A DNA stretch of 64,000 nt from Octopus vulgaris (lineage: Eukaryota): NCBI GenBank assembly GCA_951406725.2, contig OX597825.1:42346001-42410000 (forward strand), given 5' to 3'. The stretch's first letter is position 1. The number at the start of each line of letters is the position of its first letter. The notes under the pieces were generated by a model. It ran no database searches. It was not told the DNA's origin and saw only the letters and a list, made by a program, of their open reading frames with translations. A program made the translations under genes and the position numbers. Below, one piece after another: positions 1 through 13,169 of this stretch.

Positions 1-935
1 TAGTATGACTAAATTAATGTCTAGTTTGAAATATTATTATCAATTTATTTTTACATTTAGTTCTGGAAGAAATAACAGTATCCACAACCCCTTTATTTTT
101 TAGTGCTTCCAAGAGTGGGTGTAGAAAGTGAAGATCTTATCCAAATGCTTGCAAAAGAGTCGACTCCATTAAAGATACCCAATGGCCAAGTGCTGGTGAT
201 CAACAGTGGAGTGAGGCCTTGAGGGACTATAAGTCCATTATAGTTGATTTCAGGACTTACGTTAGTAACTACCCCCTCAGAAGAATAAAAGACAAAATGG
301 ACTTGAATATGCATTGAACTCAGAACATAAAGAGATGTTCCCAGATACCTTAACATATTTTTTTCCAATACTCTAATGATGCAACCATCCATATATGATT
401 TCAATTAGTATTTTATAAGGGAGGCAATTTTATGTTAGTATTTTATACGTATTTATTTCATTGACATCGGAAAAGAATGAAGAATAAAATTTATCTCAAA
501 AGAAGTAGAACATTGAAACATTAAACAAGATCAATTAAACAGCTAGTCCTGCTCTGCATATTCCTTTCCAACTCTCCCACTTGAGCTTTCAACAAATTTA
601 TATAAATAGTTATTGTATGAGCCTCCACATTGTTGCTTAACTTCCTTGAATTATTAGCCAAATCTCCTTCATATCATATGATTTTGAAAAAGGATACATT
701 GGATAGCATAGCCCTGATTACACTGTATTTGAATTAAAGTGGACATGGGCATGCCTGGTATAGTTTTCATCATTCGTTTGCTTAATCAAAGCTGACCTAC
801 AACAACAAATTTAAAATTACCCTATTGTTAATTGTAATATAATACTATATTCCAATTATTAAATATATCAGTGTGGTCATTTCACTAAAGTTCCATAAAA
901 CATCACTAAGAATACAGTGAAGCTCAAGGTAACAT

Positions 936-974
936 CTGATGAATAACATCTTTATGATGTTATGAAAAGATTTC
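936..974 (+). ncRNA. degenerate hammerhead-like motif
   Basis: CTGATGA, perfect 8-bp stem ataacatc/gatgttat, then GAAA; stem I pairing is poor. Confidence 0.35.
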
Positions 975-1732
975 AAGGTCTTTTCTTCTCATTTGACACT
1001 TTTAGTATTATTGATAGTGACATGATATTGTTGAAAATGCTGCACTGTGTGTGATTACGCTCTGAAGTTCTTTACATTGGATGTGTTATTTTATTTGTTT
1101 CATAAGCCAAGATTGAAATGTGGAAATTTTCTTCAAAGAATCTGTTTATAACCTCTTTCGGTCCATTAGTGAAAGTGTAACATAATTAATTTTTGACCAA
1201 TTAATTATTATGTTCTATGTACCACTTTCTCACAAATTCCTAATATCTCTCAAAAGCTGTCTGATAATTGCTTCTCACATCAATAAAAAATTTTTTTAAA
1301 GAAGAGAAGAAAATGCTTGTATTGATATTGTCAAGTCTGAAATACTTTTGTTAAATCTTGTGTAAATATTTAAAATTTGTTTCTAACATTTGTTATATAC
1401 TATTCTCATATAAGATGCCTCTAAATAATTGTTTACCTTTCAGTGAGCAGACTTCATTGACTAGACATTCCTACTTGATATCATATTAGTATTCATTTTT
1501 AGTATATTTTTTCATACATACTTAAAATATATTTGTTTTCATTAGTTACACATTTATTGATCAGAGAAGAGAGAAATATGTCATTGTTAGTCAGGGAAAT
1601 GGTATTTGATTAAGGAAAATGTTGGCAATTAATGTTAAGATGGTATAGACGCTGTCAGAGAGACAAGGGAGACATGGAGATAGAGTACACAAATATATAC
1701 ATACATATGTAAAAAAAACATGATTTTTCTGT

Positions 1733-1953
1733 GACCGTTGCCAGTACCGCCTGACTGGCCCTCGTGCCTGTGGCACGTAAAAGCACCCACTACACTCTGA
1801 GAGTGGTTGGCGTTAGGAAGGGCATCCAGCTGTAGAAGCTCTGCCAAATCAAGATTGGAGCCTGGTGCAGCCAACTGGTTCACCATTCCTCAGTCAAATA
1901 GTTCAACCCATGCTAGCATGGAAAGCGGACGTTAAAAGATGATGATGATGATG
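1733..1953 (+). mobile_element. 5'-truncated RTE LINE 3' end
   Basis: matches the 3' UTR of the RTE at 28861-32132 (ggcacgtaaaagcaccc...cccatgctagcatggaaagcggacgttaa) and ends in (GAT)n. Confidence 0.85.
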
Positions 1954-2029
1954 ATATGTACGTATGTATGGATGTATGTATGTGTGTATGCATATGTGTA
2001 TATATGTATATGTGTTATCTATATATATA

Positions 2030-2060
<31 letters not shown>

Positions 2061-2342
2061 GCATGTATGTATGTATGTATGTATGAATGTTTGTATGCAT
2101 GTATGTATATATATATGCATTTGAAAAAGAGAACAAACAAGCGAAACATGTGGTATCACATTAGAGCATGTAATTTATAATTTAAACATAACTGCAGAGT
2201 AGTATAGCAAATAATACATGAAGTCTCTTATGGCTGTTTCTAGAATAGCTGAACATGTGGAGTATATGTTATTGAGTAAAGGTTTCCATCTAAACCAACT
2301 ATTCCATCCTCAGAGAGAAAGAATCATGGATATTAGTAGCAT

Positions 2343-2492
2343 TGAAGAATTAAGGAACATCCTTAGTGAAAGATAATAATGGTTAGCAGTTCCATCATCG
2401 AAGAATTAAGAAAATTCTAGTAAAAGATAATAGCAGTTGGCAGTTCTATTGTTGAAGAGTCAAGGAATCTCTTTAGCAAAAGATAATAGAAG
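2343..2492. repeat. degenerate ~55-bp minisatellite, about 3 units
   Basis: gaagaattaagg...aaagataata recurs three times. Confidence 0.6.
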
Positions 2493-2521
2493 CTTAGTTC
2501 AAGAACCGGTAACCTTTATTC

Positions 2522-2562
2522 TGATGATGATGACAACGACGAGGGTGGTAGTGACAGCAACA

Positions 2563-2604
<42 letters not shown>

Positions 2605-2630
2605 TTAATGACGATGATGATGATGATGAT
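2522..2630. repeat. (GAT)n microsatellite
   Basis: read directly. Confidence 0.95.
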
Positions 2631-3774
2631 TCACCATAGTAGCACTGAACTTCTTCCCACACTGTATGAGTATGCAGCATGTAATTCACCAATACATTAT
2701 ACTGACTTATGCAACATTTTGGTTAAGACAGTTGAAATCTCTGTCACTCATTTGTCTTCTATATATATTCTTCCACAAAGCAGCCTGAGGTTTTACACTA
2801 AGAAACTTCATTGCAGAAATGGAATATCTGGAGAGGATTAATGGATGTTTATTGCCAGGAATATAGCAGAATTTAGTCCAAAGACACTGGCTGAAACATT
2901 GTGACAAAGATAACAAATTCTAAATGAAATATTACACAAATATTTTGTTCTCCTCCCAGAAAGCTCACTTTACAAAAATGAGTTAGCTTTGATTTATAAA
3001 GAAAGGTAGCAGTAAATATAAAGAAGAAAGAGAGGGAAGGAGAAAGAAAGCATAAGTGGTGTTGGTGAATGAGTGAATGGTTGGTTGAATGAGAGGATAG
3101 GCAAGCAGTGTCTGACTATATAACACAACACTAATATTCTTTGTCAAAATAACATGATATCTGTTTATGGTTTGGAATTATTCAAGTATTAATATCAGAC
3201 TATGTTTTTCAATGACAAAATATGTAATGCCACAGTTATGACAGAACTGAGGATCAAATCAGTGAGAAAGATTCTCTACTGACATATTGTCATCAAATGA
3301 GAGGGTATTATCATTTTGAGCCATAATTGAAATACTTGGTATTTTGTACTGCACTTTTGACATAGTATAAAGTTGATAATGTACATAATGAAAGAAAGAA
3401 AAATTTTGCCACTTTGTGTCTTTTATCTGTCTATATTTTTTGGCACAATAACTAGAAATGGTATGCTGATAGGCATTGCAATCTTTTTTGTGTGTAGTTG
3501 AGTGAATAGTGTTGATGGAAATTAGGCTGCAAGCAAGAAGCATGAATTCATAACGATAAGGGTAGCAGTAGTGATGGTGGTGAGCATGAGATTAACAGTG
3601 GTGGAAGTAGTTACAGAAATAGTATGAAATTAATATAAAAATTACAAACAGCCATGTAAAAAGGCTATCTGGCAGCCAATGTAAATTTAGTACTGAAATA
3701 GTAGGTTTACCATTTACACAAGAACATTTTCTTTATCAAATCATGGAGCCTGGTAAGGAATATGAGTTATAGAT

Positions 3775-3926
3775 TCGATGGGCTTTTGAACAGTTTCCAT
3801 CTACCAAATCCAAACAAGTTGTTATTCAACTTGAGATCTGGAAGAATATACTTGATCAAAGAACTATACTGTAGGATTAAACTCAGGAAATGGTCATAAA
3901 GTAAGCTCCTAAACTACACAGGTATG
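3775..3926 (-). mobile_element. degenerate tRNA-headed SINE, 5' part
   Basis: cagtttccatctaccaaatcca core shared with copies at 16325-16747 and 47474-47845. Confidence 0.6.
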
Positions 3927-4027
3927 GTTACAGTTCTTACTCAGGGTTACAATTCCAATATTCTTACATGTTCATATCAATTAACTTATGCATGTATGTA
4001 TACATTTAGTATGTATATATATGTATA

Positions 4028-5933
4028 TCATTAGTCAGTTTTTTAAAGATTTCTTGCCAATAGAGAAAGAGCCAGTTTCTAACCTAGATCTAAGGCTCCT
4101 TCATTGGAATTTCAGCATCAAAAACAGGGTATTTTTTTGTTTGTTTGTATGTATGTATGTATGTATGTATGTATGTATGTATGTATGTATGTATGTATGT
4201 ATGTATGTATGTATGTATGTATATGTGAAGATTTGTATGTTTTGCTTTATGTATGTATTCTTATGCATATGGTTGTCTGTCTAGACATGATTGATTGATT
4301 GATTCCAGTTCCAGCCTATGAGCTGTGGCCATGCTGGGGCACCGCCATTTGCTCATATATATTTAAATGGTACACTTCTGGAAAGTTCTACAGATTTTTA
4401 CAATTCCAATGATAAATTAGAGCTGTAGTCTTCAAATTAACTTTCCCCTTTCTGCTTTTGAGAAGCCTAATTTCACAAGATTTGTTTTTAAGCAGTGTGT
4501 TACATATCCCAGGGCCCCAAGACCTACAGGTATAAACTTAAACTTGTAATCTGGAAAAGAGTAACCATAGATTTCTCCATAGTTCAGCGCTGGTATTCTC
4601 TTTTTCACTGATCTTTAGCTTTATGTTAATATCTGCTAGACAGCTGATTTCCACAACTCTACACAGTTTCTCTTCTCTATCCCAAATCATTATATCAGTT
4701 CTGTTGTGCTTATATTTTATTGAGGTCTTCACTGGGACATTCCAATAATACTCCTTTTTTCTATGAGTGGCTATGGCTTCTACCATACTGTGGGTTCTAA
4801 TTTCTCTGTCCTTGAGGTTATCCTTCTGACGCATTTTGTTATAGAGTGTCCTAGCTACAACATTATGTCTCATTGGTAGATAACATTGTGATGACATTTT
4901 CAGGCAACTGCTTACGATGTGTGTAATATCTTCTGTGTTAACTGTACAAAATCTGCATCAGTTGTCACATTTAAATGCTTTTCCTATGTGTATCCCTTTT
5001 GTGCCTCAGGTACTTGTTTGATACTTCCTGTTCCTGGATTGCAAATGTATACCCTTCAAAGTGGGAGGTTGTAATCTAGTTATTGGTCCATGATAAACTG
5101 CTTTGACAATCGATGCTACAATCATCTCAGAGCTTTCTACTGACATATCCATGCATAGTTTTCTGCACATACATGCTCATCCTTTCATCTGTTGATACAT
5201 TGCAGTAGAGTCATGTGACTTTTGAGGGCATGTATTGAAGGTTATCAGACAAGGAATGCTGCTTTCCAAGACTCATGATGTTATCAGCCTCATGTATGCA
5301 AACTTGCTCAAGAGATGCACTTCGACACTTGGTGATTAAAAGATGTTGCCGAAGGGATATGATATGACATTCAAATGCATTTTGGGTCGATGTTAAGCTT
5401 CTGCCACTTTGTTTTGTTTTAGGCAGAAGTGGTCTGCATCAGTGTTGATATGGAAATTATGTGTGCTGGTGAGTATCTTCCAGGTTTTTACATCAATGGC
5501 TTGGATCTCATCGAGTGTCCAATGAGGCAACCCAAATGTTGGTATGAATTCTGGCACTGAAAATACATTGTGGGTTTACTGTTTTATTGAATGCAGAGAG
5601 TTCCGAGGTCCAAATTTTCTTTATTCAGCTGTAATATTCTTTAGTGACATTTGTCTTGTTACAGGTGTCATTGTAAGGTACGTTTTCCTTCACTCCAAGG
5701 TACCTGCACCAATCCTCATCAGATACAAGGAAAACAGTTAACTTATTGATGGAGATGTTTCTTTTCACAACTATATAGCAACATTTATCCTGATCAAACT
5801 CCAGCCCTATATCCTTTCAGAATATTTTAACCAGGTTAAGGGTCTTTTTCACCTCATGCATATTCTTGGCACATAGTTTCAAGTCATCCACAAAAAAACA
5901 GCGTATAATTTTGGTATTTCTGTTTCCTTTTGG
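4028..5933 (-). mobile_element. R4/Dong-clade non-LTR retrotransposon, 5'-truncated and defective
   Basis: RT motif FVDDLKL, then RHN...HNRTDIMIWD...VEISC...SEKEN restriction-like endonuclease and a GALG motif; both ends abut (TACA)n. Confidence 0.85.
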
Positions 5934-6091
5934 TATGTATTTATGTATGTATGTATTTATGTATGTATGTATGCATGCATCTCTACTGGGGTTAGGTAGG
6001 GCATCTGGCCATAAAAGCCATGCCAAAACAAACAGTGAAGGCCAGTACTATTAGCAGACAACTAATCCTCATTTTATAACGTTCCTATTAT

Positions 6092-6175
6092 AAATATTAT
6101 TGAACATTGGGAGGGGCATTACGCCGGTAATAATAAACACACACATAATGCCCCTACCAAGGTTCAATAGTATTT
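6092..6175. repeat. 84-nt hairpin with 30-bp arms
   Basis: aaatattattgaacattgggaggggcatta / taatgcccctaccaaggttcaatagtattt, 3 differences, 24-nt loop. Confidence 0.85.
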
Positions 6176-6196
6176 CTTTCAACACACGATCATATA

Positions 6197-6297
6197 TCAT
6201 CATCATCGTCGTCATCATTTGATATCTGTTTTCCATTATTGATGAGGGATGGATGGTTTGACAAGATCTGGTGAGCCACGGGGCTACACCAAGCTCC
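6197..6297 (-). mobile_element. old RTE 3' tail
   Basis: (CAT)n followed by degenerate reverse complement of the RTE 3' end. Confidence 0.55.
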
Positions 6298-7154
6298 TGT
6301 AACTTTCCAGTTTTGCCAGTTATTTTGCTGTAAATTGTATATATACTTACTTGGATTGCTGTAGCCTGGTTTTAAAATATCTGGTTTGAGAATATCTGCT
6401 GCCTAGTATTAACAGGAGCAGTGAAAGTGGAAACAATGTGATGGCTAATGAAAAATGATCAGAATATAATGAATTACTAAATATAATATTAACCTGCCTA
6501 GCAGGAGAAGACAAGAGGGTTAAATGTTTGGTGGGTTAAAGTAAAATGTGCATGAGAAATTACTGATGACCAGAAATACAAAGAAGTTTTGCTTTCAAGC
6601 AGTAACAAATAAATTTTCTTTAAGTAATAATTCAAAAAGAATGAAAAATACACAAAACTTCCTCTGTAGTACTTAAGAATTATTACCTTCTGGCATATAC
6701 ATCTAATCAAAATAATTAGACAGTTTAAAGTGTTTATCGTACTAATGCATGAGATAAACACGTAGTTGGCCTGTATGTGATTGTGTCTGTGTGTGTTTGT
6801 TTGTGTGTGTATGTGTGTGTGTGCACGTGTGTGCATGTATGTAGCTTGACCTAAACAAGGAAATTCAGTTATTTACCGTTAGTTATGTCAGTTTCATTAC
6901 GTAACAATAAAATATTCATATCAAAATGAAATGCTTTAATAAAAGACAAAGTATGATTATTTGTAGTGTGTGGTCAAAGTATGATTAAATAACAATTAAA
7001 AAATTTGTATTCAATTCTCATGAATTAGTAAAGACAACTGCACAATTTATCAGTAAAACTTTTAGGTAGACTATTATCTGAATATATTTTAGATCAGTAT
7101 TATTAACATAAACAGAAAGAATAGAAAATCAGCATTTTGTTATTTTTAAAACAT

Positions 7155-8103
7155 ACCAGGCATGGTTCTGGGTTCAGTCCCACTGCTTTGCACTTTGGGC
7201 AAGTGTCTTCTACTATAGCTTTGGGCCAGCAAAAGCCTTGTATTAGGAAGATAGAAACTGAACGAAGCCCATATATATATGTATATAGTGATGAAAGACC
7301 GAGATCTCTGGAGCTATGTTGTGACTGCAAAGACCCGACAAATAATGTGAGTTCATGGCTGTTTCCTGCACCAGTTTCACATAACCCCAGCCAATCCAAA
7401 GTACTTCGGATTGCAGAATGACCTGGTGTGCTTACCTTGGATTGTAGGGTGACCTGTTCTGCTTGAGAAGACCTATTGAGTCAAGTACATCATCATCAAA
7501 ATAAATATCAAATGGAAATTGTAGTTGTGATACCTGTGCCGGTGGCATATAAAAAGCACCATCCAAACGTGGCCGATGTCAGTGCTGCCTTGACTGGCTT
7601 TTGTGCTGGTGGCATGTAAAAAGCACCAACCGATCATGGCCACTGCCAGCCTCCCCTGGCACCTGTGATGGTGGCATGTAAAAAGCACCCACTACATTCT
7701 AGGAGTTGTTGGTGTTAGGAAGGGCATCCAGTTATAGAAATACTGTCAGATCAGACTGGAGCCTGATGCAGCCTCCTGGCTTCCCAGATCCTGGTCGAAC
7801 CATCCAACCCATGCTAGCACGGAAAACGGACCTTAAACAATGATGATGATGATGTATCTATGTATATATTTATGTGTGTGTGACTTTATGTCTACTGTGT
7901 TTGTCCCCCCGCCATTGCTTGATAACTGATGTTGGTGGGTTTACATCCTAGTAACTTAGCAGTTCAGCAAAACTGATGGAATAAGTGCCAGGCTCACAAA
8001 GAATAAGTCCTGAGGTCGATTTCTTCAACCAAAAACCCTTTAAGACAGTGCTCCAACATGGCCACAGTTAAATGACTGAAACATGTAAAAGAATAAAAGA
8101 ATA
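7155..8103 (+). mobile_element. tRNA-derived SINE split by an RTE insertion
   Basis: head ggttcagtcccactg...gggcaagtgtcttc at 7155-7275; tail gtaacttagcagttc...catggccacagttaaatgactgaaac at 7860-8103. Confidence 0.8.
7290..7853 (+). mobile_element. RTE LINE 3' end nested in the SINE
   Basis: ORF end DRDLWSYVVTAKTRQIM* resembles DRDFWKYSVLKKTRQAK of the large copy; 3' UTR and (GAT)n follow. Confidence 0.85.
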
Positions 8104-8529
8104 CTATGAAACCAAAATTTGTCTCACAAAGTCTATTCTCAAGAAACATTGCAAGGATATTAAAAATGTGTATATTAAAAGTTTAGTGTCATAGATGTCT
8201 TTGCTCTTTTTATGTGTGTAATTATAAAGCTAATTATTTGAAGTATGAACTAAGAGAGGAAGTTTTGAGTCTGAAGGAAATATTTGTATCAACCTGCATG
8301 TTTATTAATATAATGCACATACAACTTATTAGAAATTGTAAGTTCTGTAACCAAGGTAACAGAATATATCTGTAGCAAAAATATTTAAGTTTGATTTATC
8401 TTAGTAGTTGTTGAGTCCAAGTAAGTTGATTTAAGTAGGGAAAACATGGAAGCGAGAAGATGGCATCAGCATTGACAAGATCTCTTTTTCTCTCTCTCTG
8501 AGTGTATGTGCATGTATGTGTGTGTGCAT

Positions 8530-8587
<58 letters not shown>

Positions 8588-8602
8588 GTATGTACATATA
8601 TA

Positions 8603-9342
8603 TTAGATCATCCCATAAATAATGCAGTTTTTTTGATGGCATAAAATAAAAGTCAGAGGGGGACAGGATAAACTACCTGCATCAACTTGCTATAAAAGCA
8701 GATAGTAATTTTACCTTGTCCTTATTCTTAGTGCAAGTTTTGAAGAATGCAGTTCGATTTTAACAGTTATTTTTTCAAAGCTATAATAGAAGTGACAAAG
8801 GAACATATTCAGCATATTTTGCTCTGAGTTCAATAAAAGCAACAATGCAATGGAAAGTGTGAGGAATATTAATGTAGTATATAGGAATCAGACAATAAGT
8901 ATAAGCCAGTATCAATGATGGTTCCAGAATTCCAAGCTGAAAACTAGAGCCTAGAAGACGAGCCTCATCTTTAAAGAATGGTAGAGCTTGACAAGGACAT
9001 CCTGCAAACTCTGGTGGAACAAAATTCCATCATAACTGTTGAGGAACTAATAGATAAGCTTGGATTTGGTCATTTAATCATTCATTAATACTTGTGTACC
9101 ATCAGAAAAGCCAGCAATTTTTGTCAATGGGTTTCTCACAAACTTTCCGAGTCTAATCACATATGGAGAGTGAATGTGTTCTCTTCTTTGCTGTCATGAA
9201 AGAACCTCTTTTGGACTGAATTGTGACTGGTGACAAGAAATGTATTCTTTATAAAAATGTCAAGTAGTGAAGATAGTGGGTAAGGAAAGGAGAAACACTA
9301 GCACCCCAGGTTAAAGAAGGTAAGGGATTGTTATCTGTCTGG
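8603..9342 (+). mobile_element. mariner transposon, 5' part, pseudogenised
   Basis: TA-ttag terminus; EVTKEHIQHILL, WVSHKL (WVPHEL-like) and IVTGDKK motifs with stops. Confidence 0.8.
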
Positions 9343-9344
9343 AA

Positions 9345-9905
9345 CATAGCACAAATATTCTTCACTGTGTCCCTAGAAAGATTTTTGAACACCACTTCGA
9401 TCTTCGTCACTAGCTCAGCCTTGGCATTGCAGGCAGAGCAGTTAGTGTTTTTCTAAACCATGCTCCACATATAACAATCCATGGAATTACAATCAAGAGA
9501 ATTAGGGGACCAGAAATTGGGCTGGTGAAGTCATAGAAATTCTCCAATTACTACTTTTGACTCTTACCAGAGGTATGGCAGGGAAACTGAACTCTAATGA
9601 CATACATATGACCTTCCAGCAGCAACCTTTTCTAGTTAGGGTCTGTTCACAGTCTCCAACAGCTTCACATAGCTGTCTGAATTGAGCATCAGTTGTTGGA
9701 TGAATTCCAGCATGTGGATACAGTCAAAACACCTAGAATGTCCCTTCTTGCTGGCCACAATTTTCTAGTTTCCATTGCAGCCATCTATGTCTTACAGCCT
9801 TTACAGTGTTCACAGAACAGAAGCAGCAGTCATTATGTCAGTATTTTGACAGCCAGCATGAATCACACTGATACTGATCACTCTTTTCCAATATTCAGCT
9901 AGATT
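9345..9905 (-). mobile_element. maT/DD37D-like Tc1-mariner transposase remnant
   Basis: FWSPNSLDCNSMDCYMWSMV (WPPxSPDxNPxDY-like) and LNSDSYVKLLETV. Confidence 0.7.
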
Positions 9906-9939
9906 CCTGTCTTGCAAGTCAGTTCACTTTTTCTCAGCT

Positions 9940-10770
9940 GGTAAATTTTCTTTGGCAAATTTTTTATGGCTGGTTGGCCTTCCTGACACTGACCACTTTA
10001 CAGAGTAGATTGGGTGTTTTTAACATGGCATCAACACTGGTAAGGTCTGCTCTGGCATAGTTTTTATAGTTGGATGCTTTCCTAACACCAACCAATTTAC
10101 AGAGTGGATTAGATACTTTTTACATGACGCATGTACCAGCGAGGTCTGCTTTGGCATTGTTTTTATGGCTGGATGACCTTCCAGATACCAATCACTTTAT
10201 GGAGTGGACTGGGTGATTTTTACAAGGCACCAGCGCTGGTGATATTACCAAGTAACTTGCAAGGCAAATATCCTTTGAAGAGTGGGGTGAGGTAATGAAG
10301 GAGGTAGCTTTGTCCCAGGGGATGAGAGGTTGAAGTTTGACAGAGGAACAGAAACAGGTCCTGCTGTAGAGAAAATACAGGGTTACCCCAGTCAGAGAGA
10401 GAAAGAAGGAGAGAGTAAGACAAAGACAGAGAGAGACAGAGACAGGGATAGAGACAGAAAGACAGACAGACTGACAGGGAAAGACAGTGAGTGAGAGAGA
10501 GCAAGAGTGAAATAGTAAGAGAAATGACAGGGCATACACTCGGGGTATAAGTTAGTGAATACAAATGGAACAGTAGAAGATTGCCCAGGGTGTGTGTGTA
10601 GTGAGTTCCTGAGAATGCAGTGATTAGTGGAACACAGGCATATAGGGTGAGGATAGCCATGATACAGTTGGCAAGGAATGGGGACAGGATAAGGTTGCAG
10701 GTGTGGAGGAAGGAGAGATAAGCATAGTGCATGAAGGAGAGGAGAAGAGAAGAGGAAGGAGAGATGTAGT
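9940..10770 (-). mobile_element. older RTE subfamily 3' UTR with repeated modules and purine-rich tract
   Basis: three or four copies of ggatg..ttcc..acacca accactttacagagtgga..gggtg.tttt; same layout as 46200-46830 and 52853-55180. Confidence 0.65.
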
Positions 10771-10789
10771 TTTGTCAATCAAGCACCAA

Positions 10790-11015
10790 ATTATCGTCAC
10801 AATTTCGGCTGATTATTCTTGAGATTGCTCCAATCTGGCCAGCCGCAAAGAAAAACTAAACTAAGAGCATTAGATTCCTTGGAAGAAAGCAGCGAATGTA
10901 TACAAAAACAAGGACAGAAGAAAACGGACAAAGTTACACAAATATAGATACAATAATAAATACAATAAAAATAATAACATGACATAACAACAGGTGTCTT
11001 TCAACTAAGGACGAA
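10790..11015 (-). repeat. short interspersed repeat fragment, possibly PLE-derived
   Basis: sharp CpG-containing insert next to a TA run; style resembles 35458-35570. Confidence 0.35.
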
Positions 11016-11059
11016 CATGCATTATATATATACATGGATACACAAAAACACACACAAAT

Positions 11060-11365
11060 ACTTATAAGTGAATCCACAACTAACCGGCCTTGGACCAAAC
11101 AAGTCAATATGGATGTGTTGGAAACAAGTGTCCAGATTTTCAAAGTTGTTGAGAGATGCACTAAAATGTCTGTGTACTTTTGAGCACTGACATTGTAGAT
11201 TAGAAAATGTTGCACATTTGGCCAGAAAAAATGAGCCGAAATAAGCTTAACTGAAGCCACTATGCTAAGATGCAACAAGGTGTGCAAAGCACTAAAAACA
11301 CTCCAATGATGAGATTCAAGAACAAAAGGATGAGGTGAACCTGTAGAAACATCACATAATATATC
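11060..11365 (-). mobile_element. Gypsy LTR-retrotransposon integrase remnant
   Basis: DVSTGSPHPFV...VFSALHTLLH...KLISAHFFWPN, then FQHIHIDLLGP in a shifted frame. Confidence 0.75.
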
Positions 11366-13169
11366 TTAGTCAGTATTTATGTGTATGTGTTGCTGTGTGT
11401 GTGTGTGTGTAGATGTAATGTAGGCACAGATGGGTGACAAAGGAATATGCAAGAAAAACAGCAAAACACGCAACAAATATAGTTGTTGACCAAAAATCAT
11501 TACAATTTTGACACATTCAGACAATATTGGTAGTGTTAGCATCATGAGCTGCTTGGGTATATACAAGTAAACACGACAAACAAAACAGACAAAATTTAGA
11601 CAATTACAGTTGTGGAAAGATGAGTTCTGTAGACTAAATGGTTAGTAAAGGTGAGTTGTGAGCAGATGAGGAGAAATATATGGCACGGGTCTATAAATAA
11701 GAATACTAACACAAAAAGTACAAAACAACATAAAGAAAGAAATATACTTAGAATGTCTTTTGACTTAGACAAAATAAAATAAAGTATGTGAAATAATGCT
11801 TGAAAGATAAAACACCTTCCAGTATTAGGCAAACAAGTTTAAAAATTTTTGACATCAGACACTGGTAAACTAACTGACCGTTAGAAGAGGCAATTAAAAA
11901 GAAATTAGTGGCTTGAGAAGCAAGAAGAAGGTGTTATGGTATCATGTGGGAGAGGAGAAAAGTAAAAGGAACAGGTGAGTTGAAAGAAAGACAGGTGGAG
12001 TGATAAAGAGAGCAAATCATGTCTAAGAGGCAAAACAGTAGAAGAGGAAAGAACAAAGATAGGAATAAATAAAGATGTAAAGGATAAATAGATGCAAAAA
12101 TAGAAGTGCTAAATGATAAAAACATAAAAGAATGTAAACAAAGGGTAAGTAGAGAAAAAGAGAGAAAGATTGATGCTAAGTTAATGCTAGACAGAAAAAG
12201 GAACAGAAAGATAAGTACAAAAAGGGGAATAATGGTAGATAGATGATTAGATAGGGGAAATGTTGCAAGATAAAAAATTGATGAGTGTGTATCTTTCAGC
12301 CTTGAGAAAAAGTTTAAGAGAATATTTAGAAACAACGGAAGCTGAGAAAAAGAAAAACAATTAGTCAATGGAATGATGTGAGGGAAAGGGGACTGGCAAG
12401 GAGCAATAAACTAGGGTGGAGGACAATCCTGTGGAAGTTATGAAGGAAAGAGATGTGTGAGAATAGGACAGAGGGGGAAAGGTAAGGAGTGTTAAGAAGA
12501 GGGCAACAAGAGGATATGAGGCAAAGGGTGAGGGAGCAGTGCATCACAGTAGTCAGAGGAGCAATTACTTGTTAAGTTTATCTCTACAGATTTCCTATAG
12601 AAATTATAGCCAGCACTGATTTTGTAATGATGTTTCCTATCCAAGTACAACAATGAGGTTGAAGGAGAAAAATGGATAATGGGTGTGTATGCCATTTTTT
12701 AGGATTTTTCTCCTTCCTCAGCACCCACCCGACTCAGTTATCATCCACAAACTTATGACTTAAATAGTGGTGTAACTTTATTGGATATATCAATTTTGCA
12801 TACTAAACACATTGAGAACAGTTAGGGAAAGACATGCTGAAGTGCATTTTGGATTTAAGAAGAAAGAGAATATCAAAAAGTGTGAATGTTACAAAAACAT
12901 CCTAGATAAGGAGGCAGTGAAGAGAGGATGTTGAAAAAGGAGAGTAAGTAAGGAGTAACAGTGGGTAGGTACAGCAAGTGCAGTGAGGTAGGAAAAAGTT
13001 TGAGAACACCTTAGAGTTGTAAGAGTTGGTAGTGAGAAAATGGTAAGAGAAGGTTGTTGGGAGGCAACAGATGTAACTCAAGAAAGACTATACTGTGAGT
13101 GTGATGAAGAGTGGGTGTCATGGATGGAAGAAGTGTAAGGTAATAGAATCGTAAGTGGACTTGGGGCAG

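Noticed and set aside
93-404. Minus ORF of 103 aa, and plus-strand candidate last exon 104-222 (LPRVGVESEDLIQMLAKESTPLKIPNGQVLVINSGVRP*)
   Set aside because: No recognisable domain, and splice signals alone are too weak; needs transcript data.
11880-13160. Long purine-rich strand bias with Leu/Ser/Phe-rich minus ORFs
   Set aside because: Low-complexity decayed sequence like the old RTE UTR tracts; the ORFs reflect composition.
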